In this document: positions 42,893-52,999 of the stretch, one piece after another
Numbering within the stretch: position 1 is the first letter of the stretch
Layout: every line of letters begins with the position of its first letter
NCBI GenBank assembly: GCA_041690355.1
Contig: JAWLHK010000005.1
Span: 62,001 to 126,000, forward strand
From: a bacterium
Lineage (GTDB): Bacteria > J088 > JAWLBW01
Reading direction: 5' to 3'
DNA: 64,000 bases
Position numbers and translations under genes: made by a program
Notes under the pieces: model-generated
What the model was told of the DNA's origin: nothing
What the model saw: only the letters and a program-made list of their open reading frames with translations
The model's database searches: none

Positions 42893-43714
42893 CTATTTCA
42901 CCTTGCCGCGTGCGATGGCCAAAAGGTCGCGCGCGCGCTTCAGGTCACGGCGGTCGAAATAATCGTGCGGTTTGCGCGGTTCCATCATACGGATGGCCGC
43001 TTCGAGCGCCTTCACCGCCTGCGCATATTCCCCCCGCGCCATGAGCAGCTCGGCCCGCAGCGTGTGGTTGATGCCGTAGCCGGCGCCCTGCCGCATCGAC
43101 TTCTCGAAGTACTCGGCGGCCAGGTTGCGGTCGCCGATCGAGACGGGAAAGCCGGGAAGATGCGTATGCACGGCCCCGATGATCCGGTAACACCCGCCCC
43201 GTTCAAAGCGCCCTTCCGGGTCAACCTCGAAACAGGTCTTCGTGTACGCGAGTATCTGCGGAACCTGCGCGAGCGAATCGAGCGGGCCGTTGATGAGACC
43301 CCAGAGGCCCAGATTCGCCGAGACCCAGAAAAGCCCCTCGACGCCGCGCGGATTGATCTGCGTCGCGAGCCGACCGGCCTGCACGCCGTAGCGCGAAATG
43401 TCGAGCAGCTTCTGCTCCTTCTTGCCGCTGTCGGTCTCCCAGCCCGCCGCCGACTCCCACTGGTAATAGGAGACCTCGGCCAGCCGCCAGGCCGCTTCGT
43501 AGTTCTTCGGGTCGAGCTTGAGCGCGCGCTCGAACAGAACGCGCGCTTCGTCCATGGCCTTCGTGTCGCCGGGCTTGAAGATGCGCGCGCCCTGGCGTAC
43601 GTAATCCTGCGCCGACTGGGCCTCGGCCGCCGCGGGGAGCGCGCAGACCAAGACCGCCGCCAGAAGAAGGCGAAACCGTCGCTGAAGGCCGATCGGGCCG
43701 CGGGACAGATACAT
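42893..43714 (-). CDS. Secreted TPR protein (TatT-like)
   Basis: Signal peptide AAAEA; TPR helices; G..HTHLPGFPVSIGDRNLA..YFEK motif resembling TatT-like proteins. Confidence 0.7.
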   Translation of the reverse strand: MYLSRGPIGLQRRFRLLLAAVLVCALPAAAEAQSAQDYVRQGARIFKPGDTKAMDEARVLFERALKLDPKNYEAAWRLAEVSYYQWESAAGWETDSGKKEQKLLDISRYGVQAGRLATQINPRGVEGLFWVSANLGLWGLINGPLDSLAQVPQILAYTKTCFEVDPEGRFERGGCYRIIGAVHTHLPGFPVSIGDRNLAAEYFEKSMRQGAGYGINHTLRAELLMARGEYAQAVKALEAAIRMMEPRKPHDYFDRRDLKRARDLLAIARGKVK

Positions 43715-43856
43715 GTGGGCCTCCCGGTAACTGCGGCAACATCATACCGATTCGGAGAGCCGCCTGCAATGCTGTGGTGCGCGTGTTCAGCCCCCGCGGG
43801 AACCGTCCTGACGGGGGATTGCCGATGTCTCTCCCGCCGCACGCAGCCGCGGCCCG

Positions 43857-45134
43857 TCAGGAACCCTCGGACGCCGCCCAGACGCCGAGAAACCAGCCGC
43901 AGAACAACAGCGATCCGGTGACGAGAAAGCGGGTTTCCGGCGCGGCGGCCCGCATCCGCGAGACCAGCGACTCGGCAGACACAAGTTCAGTCTCGGCCCC
44001 CGCCAGCGCCGGATCGGCCGCGACGGCCTCGGCTCGCTCGGCCCGGAGCGCCCCGGGGGGCTGCGTGAGCCAGAACCGCGCGCCGGGAAGCCGCAGCGCG
44101 CCCAGCATCGCATTGTGCTCCTTGTCGGCCAGCGTGCCGAACACGATGGTCACTTCTCCGGCGCCGTACAACGATCGCCAGGCGTGCGCAAGAGCCCGGG
44201 ACCCGGCCGGGTTGTGCGCGCCGTCGACCACGACGAGCGGATCGCGCCGCAGTTCATGGAGGCGGGCGGGCCAGCGCACCTCGGCCAGGGCGGCGCGCAC
44301 CTCGTCTCCGACCGAAGAAAGATCGATGCCGACGATGCGCTCAACCGCCGCCAGCGCGCACGCCATGTTGTGCGCCTGGTGTTCTCCCTGCAGGCCGAGT
44401 TTCTCGACGTACTGCAGGGTGAGCCCCTCGTAAAGATAGCCATTTCCGGAGTGGGTTACCGTGAATGCGGAATTTTCCGCATACAGCAGGGCATGCCGCT
44501 CGCGCACCGTTTTCTCGACCACCTCCATCGCCTCGGGCCCAAGCGCGCCGGCGATCACGGCCTTGCCCTCCTTGACGACACCGGCCTTCTCGGCCGCGAT
44601 CTCCGGGAGCGTGTCGCCGAGCAGTTCGCGGTGATCGAAGTCGATCGTGGTGATGACCGCGCCCTCGGCCGGCGCCAGGTTCACGGCATCGAGCCGGCCG
44701 CCGACGCCGACCTCGAGTATTGCCCAATCGAGCCCGTGCGCGCGGAACGCTTCGAAAGCGGCCGCGGTGAGCATTTCGTAATAGGTCAGGTCGGCCAGCA
44801 GCCCTTCGGCTTCGTACCGGAGCACCCACCCCGCCAGTTCCGCATCGGAGATTTCCCGGCGACCGATGCGGATCCGCTCGTTGACGCGCAGCAGATGGGG
44901 CGACGTGTACAGACCGGCGCGGTAGCCGAGCCGGGTGAGCACCGCGTGGATCATGGCCGCGGTGGAACCCTTGCCGTTCGTGCCGGCCACGATGATTGCG
45001 GGGACGGCGCGTTCGGGGCGATCGCGCCGGGCGAGCGCATCGCCGACGGCGCGCAGGTCGTAATGAATCCCGCGCCCCTGCAGGCCGTTCAGCAGGTCGA
45101 AGGCGCCCCGGATCTGTTCAGGCGAGAGGTCCAT
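43857..45134 (-). CDS. folC: Dihydrofolate synthase/folylpolyglutamate synthase
   Basis: VAGTNGKGST, YTSPHL..NERIRI, LEVGVGGRLDA, EKAG, DGAHNP. Confidence 0.95.
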   Translation of the reverse strand: MDLSPEQIRGAFDLLNGLQGRGIHYDLRAVGDALARRDRPERAVPAIIVAGTNGKGSTAAMIHAVLTRLGYRAGLYTSPHLLRVNERIRIGRREISDAELAGWVLRYEAEGLLADLTYYEMLTAAAFEAFRAHGLDWAILEVGVGGRLDAVNLAPAEGAVITTIDFDHRELLGDTLPEIAAEKAGVVKEGKAVIAGALGPEAMEVVEKTVRERHALLYAENSAFTVTHSGNGYLYEGLTLQYVEKLGLQGEHQAHNMACALAAVERIVGIDLSSVGDEVRAALAEVRWPARLHELRRDPLVVVDGAHNPAGSRALAHAWRSLYGAGEVTIVFGTLADKEHNAMLGALRLPGARFWLTQPPGALRAERAEAVAADPALAGAETELVSAESLVSRMRAAAPETRFLVTGSLLFCGWFLGVWAASEGS

Positions 45135-45184
45135 GCGGTCGCAGAAAGGAGGTCCGGCCGGAGAATCCGCCGGCCGCAAATAGA

Positions 45185-45208
45185 AATGCCCCCACGTTGG
45201 GGGGCATT
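45185..45208 (-). terminator. Probable intrinsic terminator/attenuator between the crp-like gene and folC
   Basis: AATGCCCCC-acgttg-GGGGGCATT stem followed on the minus strand by a T-rich tail. Confidence 0.55.
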
Positions 45209-45233
45209 CCTGAGGTATCTGGAGTGCCGGGCG

Positions 45234-45887
45234 TCAGGCGAAATCGCCGAACTGCTCGCGCATGGCGAGGAATTCGAGGAACTTGTTCAGCTTTTCGGCC
45301 GGCGCGACTTCCATGCCGGTGGAGTCGATCTTCAGCAGGTTCGCCTTCTGCAGCTTGCCGAGAATTTCGTCAAGCTTGGCCTGGTCGAGGCCGGTCTGGG
45401 CGATCAGCTCGTCGCGCACGGTGGGGATCTTGAAGTTGCCGGTCGGCAGCTGCTGTCCCTGGTTCTTCACGGCGCGCATGATCGTGTAGACGACCTTCTG
45501 GTTGGCGTCCTTGATCGAGAGCGATTCGATCTGCTGGTTCGCGTCGCGCACGCGCTGCGCCAGCTTCTTGATGATGCGGTAGGCGATTTCGGTGTTGCTC
45601 TTGATCATCGCTTCGAAAGTGTTCGAGTCGATGACCAGGGCCTTGACCTCTTCGAGCACCGTCGCGCTCGCGCTGCGCGGCTCGTTGAGCAGGATGGCCA
45701 TTTCGCCGAGGAACTCGCCGGCCGGAATGACCGCGAGCGTTTTCTCTTCGCCACCCAGGACCTTGGTGATCTTCACCTTGCCGGTCTGCAGCACGAACAT
45801 GGTCTTGCCCTGCTCGCCCTCGGTAAAGAGAACGGTACCGGCGGGAAACGCTTTTCCAAAGCGTTGAAACAACGGATCGTCAGCCAC
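45234..45887 (-). CDS. Crp/Fnr-family cyclic-nucleotide-binding regulator
   Basis: LFTEGE, GKVKI, GEFLGEMAIL..PRSASA phosphate-binding cassette; C-terminal winged-helix-like segment. Confidence 0.9.
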   Translation of the reverse strand: MADDPLFQRFGKAFPAGTVLFTEGEQGKTMFVLQTGKVKITKVLGGEEKTLAVIPAGEFLGEMAILLNEPRSASATVLEEVKALVIDSNTFEAMIKSNTEIAYRIIKKLAQRVRDANQQIESLSIKDANQKVVYTIMRAVKNQGQQLPTGNFKIPTVRDELIAQTGLDQAKLDEILGKLQKANLLKIDSTGMEVAPAEKLNKFLEFLAMREQFGDFA

Positions 45888-46123
45888 CTTCGGCCTCCAT
45901 TTTCCTAAGAGAAGAAATCAAAGGTTAGTTGTAGCAAAATCAAGGGCATAAGTCAAAAGTGGCCAGCGGGTGTGCCCGCCGGTCACCAAGGCCGGAGTGG
46001 GGGAGTGGGAGAGGGGGGGAGTGGGGGACACGGAATCACTGTCACTCCGGACGCTTAGTACGCTTTACCCTCTCACCTTAACCAAAGACTGAAGACTGAT
46101 GACCGACGACTGGCGACTGACGC

Positions 46124-48496
46124 CTACTTGGTCTTCATCTCGTAGACGCCGTCCCAGCCGGCGGAGACCGGGTTGCGGCGGAACTCCTCGATGCGCTTCA
46201 GGAAGATGCGGGTCGTTTCGTCATCGGGATGCGCCTGGAGCAGCTTCGTCCAGACCGCCTGGGCCCGATCCCAATCGGTCGCCCGGTACAACCCGAGCCC
46301 TTCCTCAAAGAGACCGACCTTCTCGAGCAGCGCGTCGCTGACCTGCCCCTTCTTGCCGACCAGCTCATAGATGCGCACCGGCTCGGTCTTGCCCTTGACC
46401 CGAACGGAATCCAGCTCGCGCGTGACGATGGCGTCGCCTGCCCGGCTGCGCGTGAATTCCGAAACGATCATCCGGATCCCGTACTGCTTGGTGGTCCCCT
46501 CGAGGCGGCTGGCCAGGTTCACGTTATCGCCCATGACGGTGTAGTCGAACCGCTGGCTCGACCCCATGTTGCCGACCGTCATCATGCCCGAGTTCAAGCC
46601 GATGCCGATGTCGATGGGCGGAATGGCGCCGGCGGGGATCGACTTGAGCCCCTCGCGGGCCCAACGCGGCTTCAGTTCCTTCTCGAGCACCTCGACCATG
46701 TCGAGCGCGGTGTAGCAGGCGCGCTTCGCATTGTCGGGCTGCTCTACCGGAGCCCCCCAGATGGCCATCAGGGCGTCACCGATGTACTTGTCGAGCGTCC
46801 CCTCGCTCTCGAAGACCAGATCGGTCATGACCGAGAGGTAGGCGTTCAGAAGCTCGACGAGCTGCTCGGAGGTGAGCTGTTCGGAGATCGTCGTGAATCC
46901 GCGGACGTCGGAGAACATGACGGTCAGGTCACGGGTTTCTCCGCCGAGCTTCAGCTTGTCGGGATTCTCGAGCACCGATTCGACGACGCTCGGCGTGACG
47001 TAACTCTGAAAGGCGCCGCGGATCTGGCGGGCCTGCCGCTCTTCGGTCATGTACTTGTAGGTGAGCATGACACCGAAGAGCAGAATGATCTCGAGCGAGG
47101 GGTAGACGATCGAGAGCCAGACCCCCCACTCGGTGAAGGCGTACTGCGTGAAGATGTAGTAGGAGACCCCGACGGCGAACGCCGCCATCGCCCCCTGGAA
47201 GCTGCGCAGCTTCGACAGCACCAGCCCCAGGCCGAGGCCGAGCATCAGGACGATGCCCAGATCGATGACCGTCAGGAGCGCGGGCTTCGTGAGAAAGTTC
47301 TGCGTCAGGATGTTGTCGACGACGTTGGCGTGAATGCCCACCCCCGGATAGACGGCGTCGAACGGCGTGTTCCGCAGGTCGTAGATGCCCACGGCCGTCG
47401 GGCCGACGAGAAAGATCCGGTCCTTCAGCTCCTCGGGCGGAATCCGGCCGTTCATGATGTCGGTGAAAGAGTAGGTGTCGAACACCCAGTTCCCGGCCTC
47501 GTTCATCGTGGGGCCGGCATAGTTGACGAGCAGGCCGCCCTTCTCGTCGGTTGGAATCTCAATATCGCCAAGACGGACGCGCTGAATCGCACCATGGTCG
47601 ATTTCAACCATGATCGGCTGCTGCAGCGCCAGGCTCGCGGCTTTCAAGCCGAGCGACGGATAGAGCCCTTCGCCGAACGGCAGCACCAGATGGTTCCACC
47701 GGATCACGCCGTCTTCCGGATCCGGAAGCATATAGAAGTGGCCGTAGTTCTCGGTGGCTGCATTGAGTACCGCGATGTTCGGGACCACCGCGAGCATCGA
47801 CTTCGCCTGAAGCGGCTCGTCTCCTATCGTGCGTACCTGACCGATCTGGCCCGCCTGGATATCGTCTTCCACATACTTGATCTGTGTGCCCTCGACCTGG
47901 TCGCGCCCCTCGGGCCCGAAGAAGAAGTAGCCGAGGACGATATTGTCCTTGAAACCGGCGAGCGACTCGGCCAGCGTAGCGTCGCTGTTGGCGCGACGCT
48001 CGCTCTCTGCCAGTTCCTGATAGAATTTCGCGGCCGACTCGGAAAGCGGGCGGGCCGTATCGGTCGCCTGCACGGCATATTCAGAGGGGAGTGCCGCAAA
48101 ATCCGGCTGCTTGTCCAGGCCGAGCTCGCGGAACCGGGCGCGCAGCTCCCGCACCTTGATCAGCTCGGAGTTCTGGTCGGGCTCGGAGAAGACGATATCG
48201 AAAGCCACGACGGCCGCGCCGGCCTTCTTCAGCTCGTCGACGAGTTTCGCGTGGGTCCAGCGGGGCCAGGGCCAGCGGCCGAGTTCGCTGATGCTCTTCT
48301 CGTCGATGGCGATGATGGCGACCCGGTCATCGCCCTGCCGGACGCCCCGCATGCGGAACTTGGCGTCGAGCGCCTTGGATTCGATCACGAGCAGAAAGGT
48401 CGGATTCAGAACCACCGCGACGAGCACGATCGAGGTGACGAGCATCGTCAGCCTGAAGGCCGACAGACGCGTGAAAAAGCTGAGCAGGCGCTTCAC
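46124..48496 (-). CDS. CHASE2-domain class III adenylate cyclase
   Basis: IDEKSI..LGRWPWPR CHASE2; three TMs; FSDVRGFT, DKYIGDA, DYTVMGDNVNLASRLE (Lys/Asp pattern indicates ATP specificity). Confidence 0.93.
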   Translation of the reverse strand: MKRLLSFFTRLSAFRLTMLVTSIVLVAVVLNPTFLLVIESKALDAKFRMRGVRQGDDRVAIIAIDEKSISELGRWPWPRWTHAKLVDELKKAGAAVVAFDIVFSEPDQNSELIKVRELRARFRELGLDKQPDFAALPSEYAVQATDTARPLSESAAKFYQELAESERRANSDATLAESLAGFKDNIVLGYFFFGPEGRDQVEGTQIKYVEDDIQAGQIGQVRTIGDEPLQAKSMLAVVPNIAVLNAATENYGHFYMLPDPEDGVIRWNHLVLPFGEGLYPSLGLKAASLALQQPIMVEIDHGAIQRVRLGDIEIPTDEKGGLLVNYAGPTMNEAGNWVFDTYSFTDIMNGRIPPEELKDRIFLVGPTAVGIYDLRNTPFDAVYPGVGIHANVVDNILTQNFLTKPALLTVIDLGIVLMLGLGLGLVLSKLRSFQGAMAAFAVGVSYYIFTQYAFTEWGVWLSIVYPSLEIILLFGVMLTYKYMTEERQARQIRGAFQSYVTPSVVESVLENPDKLKLGGETRDLTVMFSDVRGFTTISEQLTSEQLVELLNAYLSVMTDLVFESEGTLDKYIGDALMAIWGAPVEQPDNAKRACYTALDMVEVLEKELKPRWAREGLKSIPAGAIPPIDIGIGLNSGMMTVGNMGSSQRFDYTVMGDNVNLASRLEGTTKQYGIRMIVSEFTRSRAGDAIVTRELDSVRVKGKTEPVRIYELVGKKGQVSDALLEKVGLFEEGLGLYRATDWDRAQAVWTKLLQAHPDDETTRIFLKRIEEFRRNPVSAGWDGVYEMKTK

Positions 48497-48605
48497 CGCA
48501 TTCCCCCTGTTGCAGATTCCCCTTAGCTTACAAAGTCGGGGGTCCCCGCGCAAACGGGCAGGGGCCGTTGCTCCCGGGGGCGCGCGACCGGTAAGATGAT
48601 GGCGC

Positions 48606-51467
48606 ATGAAGGCCCTGAACCGCTGGTTTCCGCTCCCCCTCCACCAGTTTCTCAACCAGCTGGTCTTTCTCTATGCCGGCAAGGAGCTCTACCGGCTATC
48701 TGTCACGTGGGTCGAAATCGGCCTGATTCTTTTCTCGGCCGTTCTCCTCGAGCATCTGCTCATCCTTGTACGCGAGCGGAGGATCAGCGCGTTCTCATTC
48801 GCCGCCGTCAGCTCGGCCTTCAATGTGGCCTTCATGCTGGGCGCGACGAACATCTGGGCCTACGTGCTCGCGCTGGGCGCCGGCCTGGGGCAGAAGCATC
48901 TGGCCAAGCGGTTCGCAGGCCGGCATTTTCTGAATCCGTCGAACTTCGGCATCGTCGTTGCGCTCCTTGCGCTGCCGCAGTTCACGTACGTCACCTTTCT
49001 CGATTGGGGACAAACCCCCGAATTCGCGGTCGCCATCGCTGCCCTGGGCGGCTTTATCCTGCTGCGGGTCGGTCTGCTCGTCGTTCCGATCGTTTTCCTG
49101 GCCAGCCATGCCGCACTGCAGCTTCTCCTGCACCAGCACGATGCGAACGCTCTCCTGCTTCAGGTCCAGACGGCGGGATTTCTGCTGTTCGCCTTCTTCA
49201 TGATCACCGATCCGCGTACGCTGCCGCACAGCCGCGGCTTTCTGGTGCTGCACACCCTGGTCACCGCGTTCCTGGTAAACCTGCTTCCGCTCCTGTTCGG
49301 CCCCAAGGACGTGAATCTGTTTCTTGCCCTCGTCCTGAGCAGCCTCTTCGTTCCGCTCTGGCGCCGGCTCGAAACGAGGGGCGTGGGCGTGCGCGCCCTC
49401 GCACCGTCTGCAGCGGTATTGGCCGCCTCCATCGTCCTGCTCTATTTTTCGCCCTGGAACGTCGCCCGCAACACGGCACTGGCCTACCAGAAGGCTCTTG
49501 CTCTCGAGCCGGAGGCGTTCGTGCCCGATTCGGCCATGTTACGCGCCGGGCGCGCCGTGACCGATCCGGCTGCCATCTGGGAGGCGCGCGACGAGGACCT
49601 TTTCGCCGCCCGCTGGGAGACCTCACGCGTCGTTCGCCGGCCGCTCGCCGCAAACCGAAGCGCCGACACGGCGTTTCTCGAACGAAGTGACCAATTGCCG
49701 CCCTACCCGAACCGGGTTCCGCCGGAACTGGCTGGCGGCGACGACTCCCGGCAATGGGCCGGTGTCGCGGGGGGCGATCTGAACCAGGACGGCTTTCCGG
49801 ACCTCGCCGTCGCCAAAATCGGCAGCCCCCTTCGGATCTGGATCAACGATCGCCGGGGCGGGTTCGTCGATGCGACCGCTCTGTTCTTTCCCGATGAAGT
49901 TCCCGAACACATCGAACATCTGGCGCTTGCCGATTTCAACAACGACACCTGGCTCGACCTGCTCGTCGTGCCGTCCTATTACTTCGGCACGACGGGCGGC
50001 ACGCTGCATCTTTTCGATCCGGGCTGCCGCTGCTTCGGACCCGCAGTACTCACCCTGCCCCGGCGTCACAACAGCGGCGGGATCACGGTCGCCGACCTGA
50101 ATGGAGACCGGAAGCTCGACTTCTACGTTTCTTTCGGCATCGACGTTTACAGCGAGGCCCTCGACCACCAGTATGCGCCCGACGCCGACGTCTTCTACCT
50201 GAGCGGCCCGGACGGCTGGCAGGATGCGCTCACGGAGACGCTTGCCCCATGGCTCACCGAGCAGTCCTTCGCCGGCATGACGCCGCTGTTCGTCGACTTC
50301 GATCAGGACGGACGTCTCGACTTCCTGCTCGGAAATGATTTCACGGATCCGAGCCTCACCTTCCGGGGGACGGCCGACGGCCGCTTCGAGATCCTCCCTG
50401 CAGCGCTTATCGAAAACAATACCAAGGACAGCATGTCGTACTTCGCCATCGACTTCGACAACGACGGCGAATTCGAACTCTGGGAAAACGGCACCTCGCG
50501 GGAGTTGACCACCGGCCGGGTTGCCTATGCCAAGGCTTTTCCGGGCAGGAACCGGACACCGCTCAACCGGGAGATCGAGCATATCGAGAAGCTTCGCGAG
50601 TTCGGCACGCTCGACTGCGCCGGCTTCTCCGATCCGGTCGGCCAGGCGCTCTGCCGGACCGAGGCGCTGCTGCAGGGCGCGTTGAACCGCGGCGACGCCG
50701 CCGCCTGCGAGAACATCGCCAACCGGGCGTTCTACCACAGCTGCCGCTGGGTCGTACGCATGCGTACCCAGTCGTCTCAAGTTCCCGGCCCGGGCGTCTA
50801 CAAGTATGATGTCGAGCGGTACCCCAAGCAACTCGGCGAAAACGTGCTGTTGCGACGCGACCGGGACTCGGGCCGGTGGCGCAACGTGCTCAAATACCAG
50901 CGGCATGCTGAGTTCACGGGTTGGACCTGGGCCGCATGGCCGATGGACTTCGACAACGACGGCCGGCTCGATCTCTACATCAGCAACGGCTTCGTGTCGC
51001 GCTCGCACGATCGCAACCGCCTGCTGCGCAATGAAAGCCGCGGGCGGCGTATCGTGCTCACGGAGGTCGCCCCGGACTTCGGGCTTGATCTCGAAGACAA
51101 CGGACGCGGCGTTCTCGGTGTGGACTTCGACCTCGACGGCGACGCCGATCTGCTCGTGAACAACTACCTTATCGAGCCCCGTCACTTCGAGAACACGCTG
51201 GGCGGCCCGGCCGCGCTCGTGGACCTGCGCTGCCGCACGGCGAACTACTACTGTCTCGGCGCGGTCATGAAACTGCGCTTCTCGCGCGAAACGCTGACGC
51301 GGGCCGTTACGCTCGGCGGACACTGGAACACGAGCCAGCCCTCCGGACAGCACTTCGGATTCCCGCCCGGCGAAGACCGAGGCGTTCTCTCGGTACGCTG
51401 GCCCGACGGCACCGAGCAGGACCTCGGGCCCGTGTACCCGGGTCATCGCTTCGTCTTCTATCAGTGA
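48606..51467 (+). CDS. Fusion: RnfD/NqrB-like (UnbU-like) membrane domain plus CRTAC1/ASPIC-UnbV FG-GAP domain
   Basis: GRHFLNPSNFG and FFMITDPRT in a polytopic N-terminus; multiple DxxxDGxxD repeats; C-terminal HFG...VRWPDG. Confidence 0.8.
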   Translation: MKALNRWFPLPLHQFLNQLVFLYAGKELYRLSVTWVEIGLILFSAVLLEHLLILVRERRISAFSFAAVSSAFNVAFMLGATNIWAYVLALGAGLGQKHLAKRFAGRHFLNPSNFGIVVALLALPQFTYVTFLDWGQTPEFAVAIAALGGFILLRVGLLVVPIVFLASHAALQLLLHQHDANALLLQVQTAGFLLFAFFMITDPRTLPHSRGFLVLHTLVTAFLVNLLPLLFGPKDVNLFLALVLSSLFVPLWRRLETRGVGVRALAPSAAVLAASIVLLYFSPWNVARNTALAYQKALALEPEAFVPDSAMLRAGRAVTDPAAIWEARDEDLFAARWETSRVVRRPLAANRSADTAFLERSDQLPPYPNRVPPELAGGDDSRQWAGVAGGDLNQDGFPDLAVAKIGSPLRIWINDRRGGFVDATALFFPDEVPEHIEHLALADFNNDTWLDLLVVPSYYFGTTGGTLHLFDPGCRCFGPAVLTLPRRHNSGGITVADLNGDRKLDFYVSFGIDVYSEALDHQYAPDADVFYLSGPDGWQDALTETLAPWLTEQSFAGMTPLFVDFDQDGRLDFLLGNDFTDPSLTFRGTADGRFEILPAALIENNTKDSMSYFAIDFDNDGEFELWENGTSRELTTGRVAYAKAFPGRNRTPLNREIEHIEKLREFGTLDCAGFSDPVGQALCRTEALLQGALNRGDAAACENIANRAFYHSCRWVVRMRTQSSQVPGPGVYKYDVERYPKQLGENVLLRRDRDSGRWRNVLKYQRHAEFTGWTWAAWPMDFDNDGRLDLYISNGFVSRSHDRNRLLRNESRGRRIVLTEVAPDFGLDLEDNGRGVLGVDFDLDGDADLLVNNYLIEPRHFENTLGGPAALVDLRCRTANYYCLGAVMKLRFSRETLTRAVTLGGHWNTSQPSGQHFGFPPGEDRGVLSVRWPDGTEQDLGPVYPGHRFVFYQ

Positions 51468-51525
51468 CCGCGGCGAAGAGTGGCACGGGTCGATGCCCGG
51501 GTGCTAAGCTGTGCACAGGAACCGC

Positions 51526-52029
51526 ATGTCGAACACCACGCCACCTGCCATACCGCCCGGCCCGCGCCTGTCCCGCGCCACGCGCATCTTCATCGCCGTC
51601 TGGCTGAGTCTGTTCGTGCTGGGAGCGCTCAATCACAACATCCTGCCGCGTGCCGGGCTGCTGCTGAATCTGCACCTGCCCCACCTGCGCTACGGCTACG
51701 TGATGTTCAGCCGCAACTTCGGGGTCGTCGCGGTGCCCTACTACAAGCCGGCCGATTCAGAGGAACTGCGGCCGCTGGCGGAGCTGGTGAAGACCCCGGC
51801 CCCCTTCATGAAGCGCACACGCACGGCGGTCATGGTGCTCATGACCAAGTTCGAGTACTTCTTCGCCCTCTGCGAGAGCGCGCCCGAGGCGCACGGCGCC
51901 GAGTTCGTCCTGAAGCTCCATGCCCCGGGCCGGCCCGAAATCGACGACCAATATCGCCGGTATCTCTGTTATCAAGGCCAACTCTATGCTGAAAAAGCAG
52001 AACAGAAACTACCTGACCTCGGCCTTTGA
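51526..52029 (+). CDS. Single-TM membrane-anchored hypothetical protein (possible HTTM partner)
   Basis: N-terminal TM, GYVMFS motif, overlaps the HTTM gene start by 44 nt. Confidence 0.65.
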   Translation: MSNTTPPAIPPGPRLSRATRIFIAVWLSLFVLGALNHNILPRAGLLLNLHLPHLRYGYVMFSRNFGVVAVPYYKPADSEELRPLAELVKTPAPFMKRTRTAVMVLMTKFEYFFALCESAPEAHGAEFVLKLHAPGRPEIDDQYRRYLCYQGQLYAEKAEQKLPDLGL

Positions 52030-52930
52030 GGGGACCTATCCGGCCGGACCCCTCGGTCTCTATCGCTTCCTGGTTTACGCGGGCATCCTGATACACTTCG
52101 CGCCGTCGCTGATCTTTCTCGAAGAGAACTACGGCAGCCGCGTGTTTCGCATGCCCGAGTGGAACACGTTTCTCTTCGACTTTCTGCCCGCGATTCCCGA
52201 AGAAGCGCTCGTTGCCCTGTCGGCCCTCACGCTGCTCGCGTGCGTGACGGGTCTTCTCGGGCTCCTGCCGCGCACCTCGGCCATCGTCGGCGGCCTGGGC
52301 CTTTACGCGTTCGCGAGCTTCAATTCGATCAGCGTGCAGACGCTCGCGCTGTCTTCGGTCTGGGCCATTCTGCCGCTCTTCGCGGTCAGCGGCGCGGGTT
52401 CGGAGGGGTTTTCGGTGAGCGCGCTCTGGCGGCGCTACAAGGGCCGGGCGCCGCGGCCCGCGCCGAAGTGGGTGCGCACCGTCCTGCTCGCCCAGGTGCT
52501 CATCGGCTTCTTCTTCGCGGGGGTCGAGAAGGTCATGGCCGGATGGCCGATGTCGAACGAGATGTACTTCGTGCTCAACTACCCCAAGGACTTCATGATG
52601 CGCGACTGGACGTTCGCGCTGCCGTTTCTTCGCACGCGCGAAGCCGGCCTGGTCCTCAGCGTGCTCACGGTCTTCGTCGAGCTCGTGGTACCGCTGCTAC
52701 TCGTCTGGCGGCCGACCCGGCTTGTCGCCTTTCTGGTCTTCGAAGGCTTTTTCGCCGGCGTCGTGGCGACGCTCGAAGTGCCGCCGCTCTTCTACGCCAT
52801 TTACGCGCCGGCCGCCCTGCTCGCCTTCACAGCGGCCGACTGGGAACGCTACGGTTCGTTCTTCGCACGCCGCAAGGAAGCCGGCGGCGGGCACGACGGG
52901 TCTGCGTCGGCGGCTGAACTTCAGGTGTGA
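51986..52930 (+). CDS. HTTM-domain membrane protein (vitamin K-dependent carboxylase/SdpB-like)
   Basis: LGLYRFLV, GLLGLLPRTS, FSV..LW, QVLIGFFFAGVEK...W, VELVVPLLLVWRPTR. Confidence 0.75.
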   Translation: MLKKQNRNYLTSAFEGTYPAGPLGLYRFLVYAGILIHFAPSLIFLEENYGSRVFRMPEWNTFLFDFLPAIPEEALVALSALTLLACVTGLLGLLPRTSAIVGGLGLYAFASFNSISVQTLALSSVWAILPLFAVSGAGSEGFSVSALWRRYKGRAPRPAPKWVRTVLLAQVLIGFFFAGVEKVMAGWPMSNEMYFVLNYPKDFMMRDWTFALPFLRTREAGLVLSVLTVFVELVVPLLLVWRPTRLVAFLVFEGFFAGVVATLEVPPLFYAIYAPAALLAFTAADWERYGSFFARRKEAGGGHDGSASAAELQV

Positions 52931-52999
52931 GGCCCCTGCGCGCGGCGAGGCACGCGGGAGCCGCGCGAAGGGCGCAAAGAGACCGACCGGCGCATCCGT

